Shown: piece by piece, positions 1 to 11,715 of the stretch
Layout: each line of letters starts with the position of its first letter
Numbering within the stretch: position 1 is the first letter of the stretch
DNA from: Klebsormidium nitens
Taxonomy: Eukaryota > Plantae > Klebsormidiophyceae
Assembly (NCBI GenBank): GCA_000708835.1
Contig: DF237017.1
Span: 78,987-142,986, forward strand
Direction: 5' to 3'
DNA: 64,000 nucleotides
Position numbers and translations under genes: made by a program
Notes under the pieces: model-generated
The model's input: the letters and a program-made list of their open reading frames with translations, nothing else
Told to the model about the DNA's origin: nothing
Database searches by the model: none

Positions 1-11
1 CAACATTTCTA

Positions 12-395
12 AATGACAGCGATACTGCTAGAGGCAAGCTCTAGTTTGGTGAAGCGCCTGGGAGGAAGAGTGCCGCTGCAAACCATTCACACCCGGGCCG
101 CCGATCGCCTCCGACTTCTTGTTTCGCACCAGCTCGTGAATGCCAGCCTGTTTTCGAAAAAGAAACAGCATTTGTTAATGACAGCGATACTGCCAGAGGC
201 AAGCTCTAGTCTGGTAAAGCGCCTGGGAGGAGAAGTGCCGCTGCAAACCATTCACACCCGGGCCGCCGTTCGCCTCCGACGTTTGTTTCGCACCAGCTCG
301 TGATTGCCAGCCGTTTCTAAGAATAATTAACAATTGTTAAAGATAGGGATACTGCTAGAGGCAAACTTTAGGTTGCTGAGGCGCTTGAGAGGTTG
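12..395. repeat. ~166-bp tandem repeat: two near-identical copies plus a degenerate third, inside an intron of the minus-strand EDR4-like gene
   Basis: The unit starts AATGACAGCGATACTGC[T/C]AGAGGCAAGCTCTAG at 12 and 178. A diverged copy (GATACTGCTAGAGGCAAACTTTAGG...GGCGCTTGAGAGG) lies at ~348-392. Confidence 0.9.
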
Positions 396-700
396 GGAAA
401 CATTTTGCTGCTTCTTGCTCCTTTCTCCGGAAGCAAACGCTTGGCTGCCGGCTCAACACGTTCAGCTTTTCGCTGTTAGATCGAGTCTCCTTCCGTGCTT
501 GTTGCATTGGGACCAAGCTGAGAGGAGAGGGCCCATCAGCACTTGATCGAGTTCGGGTCCGGATTAGCTGCCGGCGATCGGCTGGCTGAAGCAATCCTTG
601 CTTACTCGTACTGGCAATTCCCTTGTTTTCCAAGGAAACTTGTCTCCTAACATTCAGAAGCCCCGGGCAACTCAACTGAAAACCCTAACCCAAACGTTAT

Positions 701-753
701 GCGCTCCGCACCCGTACCCACCCTAATCACCAAACCAACCCTACCCGTCCCCC
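701..753 (-). repeat. G-rich dispersed intronic element, copy 1 (partner at 10570-10622)
   Basis: Its reverse complement matches 10570-10622 at 46 of 53 positions without gaps. Confidence 0.85.
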
Positions 754-842
754 AGGCTGTAAACCGTATGAGACAAGCCCATAAGGAGACAACGGAGTTG
801 CCACAATTGCTTACTCGGGAAATTGAGTTTGCAGGAACTTAC

Positions 843-3800
843 CGGTATTATACCCAAGCAAGGCCCGTCCATGATTCCCCAGAATCCGACCCGAACATCG
901 TACCTGCGGCATCGCAATGACGTTGTCATACAAACCTCGTCTTTTTGCATGGGTTTTTAGACCAAAAAGGAAAAAGAAAAAAGAAGAAAGGGATCTAAGC
1001 TCCACCCCTAGTAAATTCAGATTATCCTGAAATGCCCAGTAGCATTCGTGGAAAGCCTGCAGACAACTCACAGCTCAAGACTTGTAACCCCTGGTTGCTC
1101 AAAGTTGGATAACCAGAATTCTCTTAAGGACTCGAATAACATAGTGCGAGGACATTGCATCCTGGTTGAAATAGGTTTCGGCTCCAAAAGGCTCGTCACC
1201 AGCAACCACCCAATTATCTCGAGAGGAGCATTTCCATCCAGATCAAGGGAAGGCACCGATCTTCATATCCTCAAAAGGTTATTTTCCGAGGCCCAAAGAC
1301 TTCTAGAGTGAGAACATGAGACGCTCACCAGTAGTCGCCTGGTTGTAGGGGCCCCGACCGAGGCTCCGCCTTCTTGACTTGGGAGTCGGGGACGGGGAAG
1401 CCGTTCACCTTGACGTCCAGCTCAAACTCATCCTCCTCCTCGAACTGCCTCCTGAGCTTGTTCAGGAAGCTCTTCTTCTTCTTCTTTTCCTGGGGTGCGA
1501 ACGGAGCAGGGCCGCCGACGCCTGGCGGGCCTGGAAAAGTCGAAGAATTGTAGCGGAGAAACCGATCTGGACTTAAGTCGTTTCAGACCACTTATGTGAA
1601 AGTGAGTCTGGGGTTTTGGTCCACTCTAGTCGTTGTTACCCGTTTCCGCAGGCTAGCTTTGGTTGCACTATGTTGAGACATGAGGCTGGCATCTCTTTTC
1701 TTCGGACTATGCCACATGTTGAACATACAAATTCAAAGCATGAAGCAAAGTTGCAACCTCGTAAAGTGGTCGACCTTAGCCTATCGCAACTTCATTTCAT
1801 TGGGGCATGCGCACAGAGACTTGACCAGGTTCGTGAAAGGCAATCATTTCAAAGCAATCCCTTTGCAGGAAAAACCTAGACTCGAAGGACCCGCATGTTT
1901 GTGCGCTGTCCAATCATGCGAAAGCAAGCCACTTACCGACCCCGCCAGGGTACGCTCCGGGCTGCACAGCCGCCTCATGATAAGCGGGCGGCATGCTGTA
2001 CTGGTAATGCATGGCTCCAGGCTGCTGGTATGGCGCAGGCATACTGCTCTGGTAATGGAGTTCAGGGGTGGATCTGCCGCTTCCAAAATTTGGCGAGCCC
2101 TGATGTCCTGGAGAAGGGGTACGGCGCTCGGGGTAGGGGGATGGAGGCCCTGGGGGGGTGGTGCTTGGTGGGGGGGGAGGAGGGGGATGGTCTGCACCAG
2201 CGGAGAAGCAGAAGCTATGATGCTGTGAAAGCGAAGCGTGCTTTCGGCAGAATCAGGTTCATTGGACGTGTCAGAGAGGTGGCCAAGAGCCGAAGTAGCA
2301 CAGCGGATCTTCAAGATCGTGCCAGGAGAAAATCGTATGCTGGTTCTCGTGCTATCATGTGAACGCCGAGTCCACTTTGGGGAGTCAGCGTTTCTGTCCT
2401 AAATATGAGTTGTTGCAAATTTTACGCACATAACAACCCCCTGAAAATGTTGGAAGTTGTTACGCAAGAACCTCCCTTTTCAGCCCAAAAACCCGACCGA
2501 GGCAACTTTGACCGGAAACCCAACTGACCTTAGTTCTGTGGTTTCTACATCCAGGTTGCATAACCCTGCTTCGAGCTACCAATCACGCGGGACGGCTTCT
2601 GATCATGCTTACTTTCCACAGGGGGACCTTGGACTGCCTCCGCATTTTCGGTTGCGTAACAAGGTGGGTACTCAATCGGGCTCGAAGTTTCAAAATTACT
2701 GTTCCTGTTCGCACATGAGGGAATCTATCAGACAAGGCATCAAGGGGAGGTCGCTGCCACTCAAGGGATCAGTAAGTACTGACTGGATTTCGAGCAGCTT
2801 CCGAGAAATCGACTAACCATGCTGCTCCCATGAGTAAGGGCTTGTGCTCGCGTCCGCTGCTCCCGTGCCATATTCCTGCTGCTCATAAGCGAAGGGTCTC
2901 CTTCCTGAGGGGGGCGCGAACTCCTGCTTCGGTGGGGGGGCCACCTCTTCCTGCTTTGGCGGGGGGGGGACCGGTTCTTGCACCAATGGGGGAGCAATTC
3001 CTGGAGTCTCTGGCTCTGGATCAGGGAACCGGTTCACTGACTGACAGCTGCCGCAGCGCACCAAGCGGTTCCCTTTCCTGTCCCTTGGGAGATTATCTGG
3101 CAGGTTAAGGAAACCCCCGCAGGTGGAGCACTGGTAGAATTGCGGGCCAGGAGGGGGCGGGGGTGGGAACTGCGGAGGGGGAGGGTATTGCGGAGGAAAG
3201 CCGCTGCTAGACGAGCTGCTAGGACGCCGATCGTGCAGGGAGAGGGAGCTCATGTCGGGGGGGTCGGAAGCAGCGGACTGAGGGCGGCTCCCGGAGCTGG
3301 GCGGGCGGTTAGGAGGGGGAGCATAAAATTCACCATTGGAATGGTTGTGGGGTGGGGGACGGGGAGGGCTGGAGAGGCTGGGGGGCGGTCCTGGGGGAGG
3401 GGGTACGGAGGAAGCTGCAAGAGGAGAAGGTGCAACTGAGCACTGCAACATTTTATTTGGCCCTGTCTGCAACGTGGCGACCAATTTTGCTTCTACAGAG
3501 AATGACAGACGAGAATCTCAGGAAATGTATCGTCAGACAGAGAAGGAATGTGTGGTCAGAGTTGCTGCAGCTGACTGGGTGCAACTCAAAGTGTCAGAAG
3601 GCTAGCAATGAGATCTGCGGGATGTCCATGACAAGTTCAGATGCTTCGGGACTTTCATTAGATTCCTTGGGAAGCCGGCAGCCAAGAGAATGAACCCCTT
3701 CTTTCACTGCAGGAGCAGAATTTGAGAGACCCAGATACTGCACTGAGCCAGTGGTTGGTTGCAAACAGATACACCAGTCGAATTTTCTGAAGGCCTTAAG

Positions 3801-4169
3801 GGAATGTGTGACACACGCGATTTTTTTCCTTTGTATAAAGTCACTACTTATGAGCTGATCACATTGCGCTCATAAGGCATGCCAAGACCTTCTCTTGGAA
3901 CTGACACAAGTGGACATCCGGTTGCGACTGCAATAAGTAGGTTTCTTTCAACTCTCCCCTTGCCCTCTTTGCATGCAGGGCAAAACTAATCGAGTGTTCA
4001 AAACCTTTTCCTTTAAAAACCAAGAAAAGTGGGCCGAACTACATACTGAACGCCCTCCATTAGAATAATGCTCACATTGCAGAACTGTCCCGCAGACGCA
4101 AGTAAAGAAGGGGGCCCCAGGCGGCTCATGCAGCTGAATGCGGCAAACGGGGCACTGCACGATGGCCAT
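843..4169 (-). CDS. DUF3133/zinc_ribbon_12 (EDR4-like, At3g61670-type) Pro-rich zinc-finger protein; multi-exon, 3' end lies beyond position 1
   Basis: Spliced exons 4169-4076 (MAIVQCPVCRIQLHEPPGAPFFTCVCGTVLQ), ~3417-2818 (CSTCGGFLNLP...RLVRCGSCQSV zinc ribbon), ~2191-1936, ~1530-1329 (VKVNGFPVPDSQVKKAEPRSGPLQPGDYW) and 903-843 (YDVRVGFWGIMDGPCLGIIP) join in phase through GT-AG junctions. The last two exons match the recalled VNG..PD..VKKAE..GP..PG.YWYD.R.GFWG...GPCLGIIP motif of plant DUF3133 proteins. Confidence 0.8.
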
Positions 4170-6093
4170 CTGCTCTAGTTGCAGCACAATACCCTAGCTC
4201 GTACTGTTGGTCTCCTAAAATCCTGCACGGGAGATCGGAAAGTTGCACCATTGTCAGCAAGAATCATTGTCAGATTGGTCTACTACCTGTCAAATGGACT
4301 CCAATGAAACGGCAAAATTTTCCAAGGATGATGATGCTGCTTCTCTGATTTGCATTGTAAGTGTCCAAGCACGGCAAGCATAGCAACAGGAGAAACTTAT
4401 GTACACACTCGCACTTGCCGAATTTGCTGAGATCTCAAAACGGATCAGTGGCTGCATCAACAAATAAGCATATCAGAGCTGGCGAAGACGACATTGACAG
4501 GGTGCAAAATTGCATAGAGTGAAGCGTATATGAAAGCACACAGAGGAATAAGGGAAGATAAGGAACCCTAACCTCCTATGGCATTTTGTCCTTGTTTCAT
4601 AGTAATTTCACCATCTTTTTGGTTGTAAGTGTTACCGTGATATTGTCATAATGTGAACAGTGAGCAAGTGCTGACCATCTGCAGATTCGGGTGCACATTA
4701 GAGAGGTTTGAAGGATGCTCAAAATCCAAGGGTTGGTCCTAGTTCTACAGGATTCACCAGGGGTCGAGGAGAACCATGACTAACAGACTGGGCGAAGCTG
4801 ATGCAAGGGGTTCCTTGACATTGAATCCTCATTCAGGAATGCAGATCAAAATGGCGTTTTTCTGCCATATTTTAACAAGCTGGGAAATGTTTTCGAACAG
4901 CACTTTGAGCCAAAACAAACTTCTTTGGTTGTTAATCGCAGAAAACCATACCTTTGCAGCACTCTTCTGCAAGCTCTTGCAAGAGGCTGGCAACCACTGA
5001 CGCGAGCAATGCCCTTCACGATCTGACAACACGGTACGCTGGGTTCAGAATCTGTCGCAGACTGCAGAGCCCGCTTTCGTTTGCGGAAACCTCTTGCCTC
5101 GCTCAAACCTCAACCGAAAAGCACGAGTTTTACCTCTGTGATGCGGCTTCTTTCTTCTCCGAAATGGCTTCTGCCAGGTGCCTGGGCTACTTTTGGTCCT
5201 GTTTGGAACTTGGACCTTGCTTGCCTGCAGCTCTGGCATCTGCCTAGCGCCCCTGCAATCCCCGAGTACAGAGCAAGACTTGAGTGTCGAAGCCGCAGCC
5301 CACGAGCAGATTCGGATCTTCAGGCTGCATGGGGTCAAGGTACTACTGGTCCGTACAAGGAAGAACCGTACATGGTGTTTGAAGAACAATCGAATCGAAT
5401 CGCGATTTGTCTATCAGGGTGATCAATGTTCGACGCACTAAACGGCACCTTCGACAGGAGATTCCGCCGAAAGCATCTCTAGAGTTCCTGCCAGCTTGGT
5501 GCGCCGTTCTGCAGGAGGGAGTTCTCTTCGACGCGAACATCGAGCTTGCGACTTGGCACTGGTGGGCACTTGGGCGCCTTTCTTGCGCTGTGCGCAGCTT
5601 CCCATCTTTGCCATTGGTCATGCAGCACAAGTTTCCGAAGTGGCATCAGGAAAATCAAGAGGGGCCTTCAGGTGGTCTCTCAGAGACAGGGCGTTTGTTG
5701 AAATCATTGTGCTCCTGCTTCTAGTCCGATTTGTTGTGACGGTGGTTGTCAGCAAAGCAACCTGAGCAGGGGACATCTGCATTCATAAGTTTCGGGTTTC
5801 AAGTGGCCGTTCCTTCTGACCAGATCGGGTTGGGGTTGCAGCAATTGGTGAATTGCTAGAGAGGAATTTTTTGGGGCCAACGAGTGCTTTGGTTGGTGCA
5901 GAATGAGAAACGTGTAGTGTAGGACTGCTTCGAAGATGGAGAGTTGGATAGAAGCTACACCAAGTTGTGTAGCAAGAGTATGGTTTTCAGCTGGTTAGCG
6001 CACTTCGTTGCACCATTCAAGACAACACCACCGTAAAAGAAAACTCCATTTGCTGCGACAAGTCTCTGCCTGTGCAATGCAAAAGCAAAGACA

Positions 6094-9000
6094 ATGGGCG
6101 TGCAGAGCCTGTTTCTCTTGAGCGATACGGGTGAGGTTCTCTTTGAGAAGCATGAGAGAGGCAGAGCGACGGACCGGGGCGTATGCAGCTGGTACTGGAC
6201 GGAGGTGGAAAAGTTCAATGAGCAGAAAGAGGTATGGAATCGAATGCTGTGCATTTCAACCGCTTGATGCCCCTATGTCTTAGCGACATCATTCCTTGCA
6301 CTGCAGGAACCATGAGCCGCAACAGGAGCTAAAGAGTATCAACTTTAGTCATACCACCACTTCTTTGATGATTTCCACTCTGTTCCCTTAGTCCGACTTT
6401 GAAAGAAATCATACCACTTCTTTTGATTCCTTTATGACACGGAAACTGCCGCTCTTTGCATAAATGTCTTTGTCATCTCGACGCTACATTTCATAACTGG
6501 GGACTGACAGCTGCTTCCCAAAGAAGCTCAGAGCAGCGAGCCGGACAACGGGACACATGTTACGCTGCAAGGAATGTTGCGCTTTCTGAATGACAAATGG
6601 AAATCAAACCCCCCGGTCTCGGCTGTTTTGCGGAAACGTGTGCGAATCCTTGATCCTTTGTTTTACAAAAGCAGGTGGACATTCGGGTGCTAGTTGTTTC
6701 AAGTGCCCTGGTATTTACTTCACTTCTCTACTCAAGGACCGTCCATTGCATCAAACAAGACACTCGCTGCCCCACAAATGCTGGCAATAGCAGGACAGTG
6801 TACAGGATTAACTCAACTATGTACCAATTGGTCTTGCACAAGTAGACTTCTCAAAAGATGCGAGTTGCTGAGAGAATTGGCTTAGCGAACTTTTGTTTCT
6901 TACTTAAGAACTTGAATCCATCTTGTACTGATCCTTCTACGATCTTCATCCTCCTTTAGGTGCCGCCACTTTTAGTCCCTCCACTGTACAACATTGCAAA
7001 TGAGAACTTGAATCTAAACTTTGTCTTGATCCTCCTACGATCTTCACCCTCCCCCAGGTGCCGCCACTCCTGGTCTCTCCAACATACTACATTACGCATA
7101 TTGTCCGTGATGGCATCACTTTCCTCGCCTGCACTCAGGAGGAGACGCCGCCCCTGCTGTGCTTAGAAGTGCGCCTCATCTGACTCCTTATTTCCTGAGA
7201 CATTGTCATGTCCCTACGCGCAACGCCTTCTCTCTCATGCATCAACTCACACCTGCCAAAAAGTGTCTTTTCACAAAAGCTGCAACCTCAGATCAGCAAA
7301 CATTGACTGTAAGAGCGATGGAGAAGTCGTCTTCCAGGTTGCATCGGTCATTCAGTTGAAGTAGTGCCTACTCAATCTTCGTTCCGTTGGTTGTTGTTTC
7401 TTATTCAGAAATTCGTTTCTGTAAGTGACTTTGATGCACCACCTGTGCTGCAGCATCCTTCTGGCTGCATGAGCTATGAGCTTATACGGGCTGTCTATCT
7501 GAACCAACCTCGCCGTTCTGCAGTTCCTGTACCGGGTCGCAAGCGTTCTCACAGAGTACCTGGGAAAACTCGACGAGGATGCACTCAAAGATCACTTCAT
7601 TACAGTTTACCAGGTAAATCCGGGGCGCTTTATTCTTAACCAAAATTGAAAGGTCTAAATTCGCCAAATTTATAGATTGTAGTTGCAGAAAGGTCACCCG
7701 GCGACTCGCAGAAACTCGACCCTGACCTATGACATACTTTTCACGTGGCTTGAACATCTCCGCCCCTTACACCAGACATCAAAAGGTACACTTTTATTGT
7801 ATCCAGTTGGACACGGCTTTTCCAAAGCCAGGACAGTGTACGCAGACAGCTCTTGCCCTTCATGCTTCTGTACCCTTTCTCAAACTAGAGTTATTTCAAG
7901 CTTTTTGCATCCTTCTTGAGACTACTTCGATTCCAACGTTGTTTCAGCCTGTCTCTCCTACCTATCTAAGCCCTTGTTTGCGGATATACCAAACAATCAA
8001 TATTTTTTGGTGAGACCGACAAGTCTTCCAGGCTTTCAGAATCCGTTTATCTCTTAACCTAACCCTTCCTTTCGGACAGCTTTTGGACGAGATGATGGAC
8101 AGCGGCCTTCCTCTCACCACCGAGCCAAACATCCTCAAGGGCCTCATCCCCCCTCCCAGTCTTGTAGACCTGGTAGTTAACGCCCTGGTTCCGAGTAACC
8201 CGGCGTCTAACCCGCCTTCCCAGGGAGCAGCGGTTCCCTGGAGGGCCTCCGGGGTTAAGCACCCCAGTAACGAGATCTACTTCGATCTCGTGGAGGAACT
8301 AGATATTGCGATCAACAGGTGGGTATCCCCCTGCTGCTCACAACTTGTTCAAGAAGCTGGACTTCGTACTTTTTCAACTTTAAGTTTGTCCTTTCCGGCT
8401 TAGGAATCAGTGATACTAACGCTTTCAGAGCCTCGTTTCCAGCTGATTGTCACGTATCTCGAGGATTTAACGAAATTGACGAGGAGGGTGGGTCGTTGCA
8501 CCTGCAGCGCCTATCAATGGAGGGAGCCCTCACTACCTGCTCATAACGGGGTCGAAGGAAACTGCACGTCTGTCCTTCCCTCGCTGTGTCTGGAAGTGGA
8601 GACAGTGAGGCCGTAACGTACTTAGACGAATCAAGATGAGGTTTCGACGTCCGAGAAGGAGTTAGCAGGGTGATAAAAAATTACCGCATCACAGCGCAGG
8701 CACTGCGTTCGGTTGTGACCACAATTCATGTCCACAGAAAGCCCAGATAGCATCTTTCTCTTTGCAAACGACTGACAAGTAAGTTTGCTTCCATCTTCCT
8801 GTTACTATCTGGACCTGGGAAACTTGATTAAGATTTTCTAGTCGCTTGAGCTATACAAGCTTGCGCGTTCGGAACTCCTCGAAAAGTCTTTCCAATAGTG
8901 CACAGATCACGCCGCTGATGCCAGTCTTGTAAGGCTGCATTTTGAACACGGAGGCCTCAGAGCCACACTGAAGTTTTTGCAACCTGCAAAGCTCGGTCCG

Positions 9001-11715
9001 CCGCTTTTAGATCTCAAGCCAAAACTTCTGTTGAAACGTCCCCGCTCAGCTGGTGTGAAAACATTCGGGCTTCAACTGCAGGGACGGCAGCACGAGCGAC
9101 GGCGAGATCTACGGCGAGGTTTTGGCCACGTCCCGGCTGTCCGGCATGCCCACCGTCCTGGTGTCGTTCGGCGAGCCGGCGCTGTTTTCGGACGTCCGAT
9201 TCCACCCGTGCGTCAAAGTGAAGGCCTGGGAGGCGGACCGCGTGCTGACGTTCGTACCGCCAGATGGGGCCTTCAAGCTCATGTCTTACAGGTGGGGAGT
9301 TGAGATTCAGGGTTTCTTGTGTTTTGGAGTTTTGGACGTCCGTTCCATCCGTGCGTCAAAGTCAAGGCCTGGGAGGCGGACCGTGTGCGGAAGTTCATGC
9401 CGCCGGACAGGGCCTTTAAGTTCATGGCGTACAGGTGGAATGCGGGATTTTTTTGGTCATGGGGATGTTTTTGGTACCAAATCTGCGAACGTCGGACCCT
9501 GCCGTCGTTCCGTTTCTTGGACCTTTCGGATTTAGCAGGAAGTGCGGTTTCACGGCCTCGGATAAAAAATCGAACAACTGGGGCGTGCAGGTCACGAACT
9601 TTTTCAATGTTGTACGGTCGTCACCGGATTTGGACTAGACGCTGACCCTGACAGCGGTCTGCTTGTTGGCGGACTGCTGGTCCTGTGAAGTCAGAAAGCC
9701 CGACGAGTTGACAACTGAGATCACAAGCAAAGACAAAAGGAAATGGACGGAAAGACGAAAGAGACAGGAGTATTATTCCCCCCCATTTGGAGCACATATC
9801 TACCCGTCTCCCCGTTTCTCTGTTTTGCAAGCCAAAAAGGGGAAGTCGTCAAAGATGTACCCTATCGACCCGTGAGAAGTGCCTGCTCGATGAACCGTCC
9901 GGTGCAGGGTCGAGGGCATCCGGACCAGCCCGCTGTACGTCCGGCCGCACTTACCGTAAACTACTCCCCAAAGGGGAGTGAGATCGCGAAAGATTATGTT
10001 TTTTAGGTTCAAGGATAAAGAAAGAGGACTAAGCCGGAAGAGTAGCCTTTTTCAGATCCATTTACTTGAATTTCTTGCAGGGTTGAGGGCATCCGGACCA
10101 GCCCATCCTGTCCGTCTGCAGATCTCGTAAGCTCCCCCCCAAAGGGGAGTGAGATTGCGAGGGGTTAAACCTTCAGGTTCGACTTTAAAAACGAGGACTG
10201 AGGCGGAAGAGTAGCCTTTACTAGTATTCACTTAAACGCAATTTTGCAGGGTTGAGGGCATCCGGACCAGCCCGCTGTACGTCCGGCCGCAGTTTTCGTA
10301 CAAGGACGGCGCGGGGCGCGTGACCGTGCTCCTCGGCGAGAAGATGCCCAACAAGGTCGTGGACAGCATCACTCTAGTTCTCCCGCTGCCACAGGCGGTG
10401 ACGTCAGCCGAGCTGGCGGCCAACTGCGGGAGCGTACACTACGACGCTGCGTCCAAGGCAAGTCTGTCTCCGTTAGCAGTCTTCCCCACGCGCCTTTTCA
10501 CATCATTTCCCTCTGATATAAGGATAGAGTTTAATACCTAGAAGGATTCAAGAGTCATAAGACACGCCCGGGGAACGGGTGGGGTTGGTATGGTGGTTAG
10601 GGTGGGTTCGGGTGTGGAGTGCGTCATGTCTTTTAGTTCGCATTTTCAGTTAGTCTTCTGTCTTGGGCCCTTTCTTAGGTATACTTGATGGGTATCCTCT
10701 GTTGGGCATCGACACCGCTTCGTTATGGTCCCTTTCGGAAAGGCCGCGGCGCGAGCCGATCTGGCGACGTCCCGCGGAAGCGCACTTCGATCTTTGTTCT
10801 GAGTTTTTTGCTGACTGGCGTCTACTTTTTGGCGAAGCTTTTTCTGGACCGCTTACTCCTGGCACTTATCGCCGGCAGTGGGCTCGGCCGAAGCCCGCAA
10901 TTCTCTCCCCAACATTCTGCGGAAAGGAGCTGACACTTAAGCTTTATAGCAGATGCAGTTTGCTTACTTATACCTTCCCCATTGCAGACATGCACGTGGC
11001 AGCTTGGCAAGGTCCCGGTCGACAAAGCCCCGTGCCTAAGCGGGAGGTTGACTCTAGAGCCGGGATGCGACCGCCCAAGAGACTATCCCCCGATGCTTCT
11101 TGGCTGGCGGCTGGTCGGTACCGCTCTTTCAGGAGTACGGGTAGGTACTGGACAACCTCCGACTAGATCTTCACAATTTTCTCACTGCGTTTTGAGCAGA
11201 TGTGACTGCTTCTGCAGAACCAGAGGGGTTTAAGCCCTTCCGTGCAAATCTCATGCGGCCCAGTAGAGTTCGGCGAAAGATAAAATTACGTTTCGGTCGC
11301 TCAGAAGATCAGACTCTTCGTTGCCCGTCCCGTCACCGATGGGCGCGCACGTTCCGTCTTCGCTCACAATCACCTCAAGAGCTGACAGGCTGCCAATCAC
11401 AGCAGTCTGGTAGCATATGGTTTTTTTGTTGTTTTTACGCAAAAAGCCATCTCAAAGATTGATAGGTTTCCAAATATTGGTACTGATGCTGCCCTTCTCA
11501 AGTTTCCTGCCAATGTTGGAAGCTGCAGACTGCCTGCTTGAAAGCGACCCGGTGCTTTTGTCCTTTTTCTGATTACCCGCCATTGTCCTCGCCTGACTTG
11601 GTTCCCGCCTTGCTGAACACAGATCGACGCGATGAACATCATGCACGAAAGCTACAAGAGTTTCAAGGGTGTCAGGGCCCTTACAAGAGCCGGAAGCTAC
11701 GAGATCAGGGTTTGA
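6094..11715 (+). CDS. AP3M: AP-3 adaptor complex medium (mu) subunit, multi-exon
   Basis: Exons: 6094-6231 (MGVQSLFLLSDTGEVLFEKH), 7058- (VPPLLVSPTYYITHIVRDGITFLAC), ~7523-7612 (FLYRVASVLTEYLGKLDEDALKDHF), ~8070-8319 (LLDEMMDSGLPLTTEPNIL...NEIYFDLVEE), 9082-9291 (DVRFHPCV...FVPPDGAFKLMSY, the mu signature), 10250-10457, 10988- (TCTWQLGKVP) and a final exon ending KGVRALTRAGSYEIRV-TGA at 11715. Confidence 0.95.
10570..10622 (+). repeat. G-rich dispersed intronic element, copy 2 (partner at 701-753, minus strand)
   Basis: GGGGAACGGGTGGGGTTGGTATGGTGGTTAGGGTGGGTTCGGGTGTGGAGTGC in the AP3M intron after the GC donor at 10458. Confidence 0.85.
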
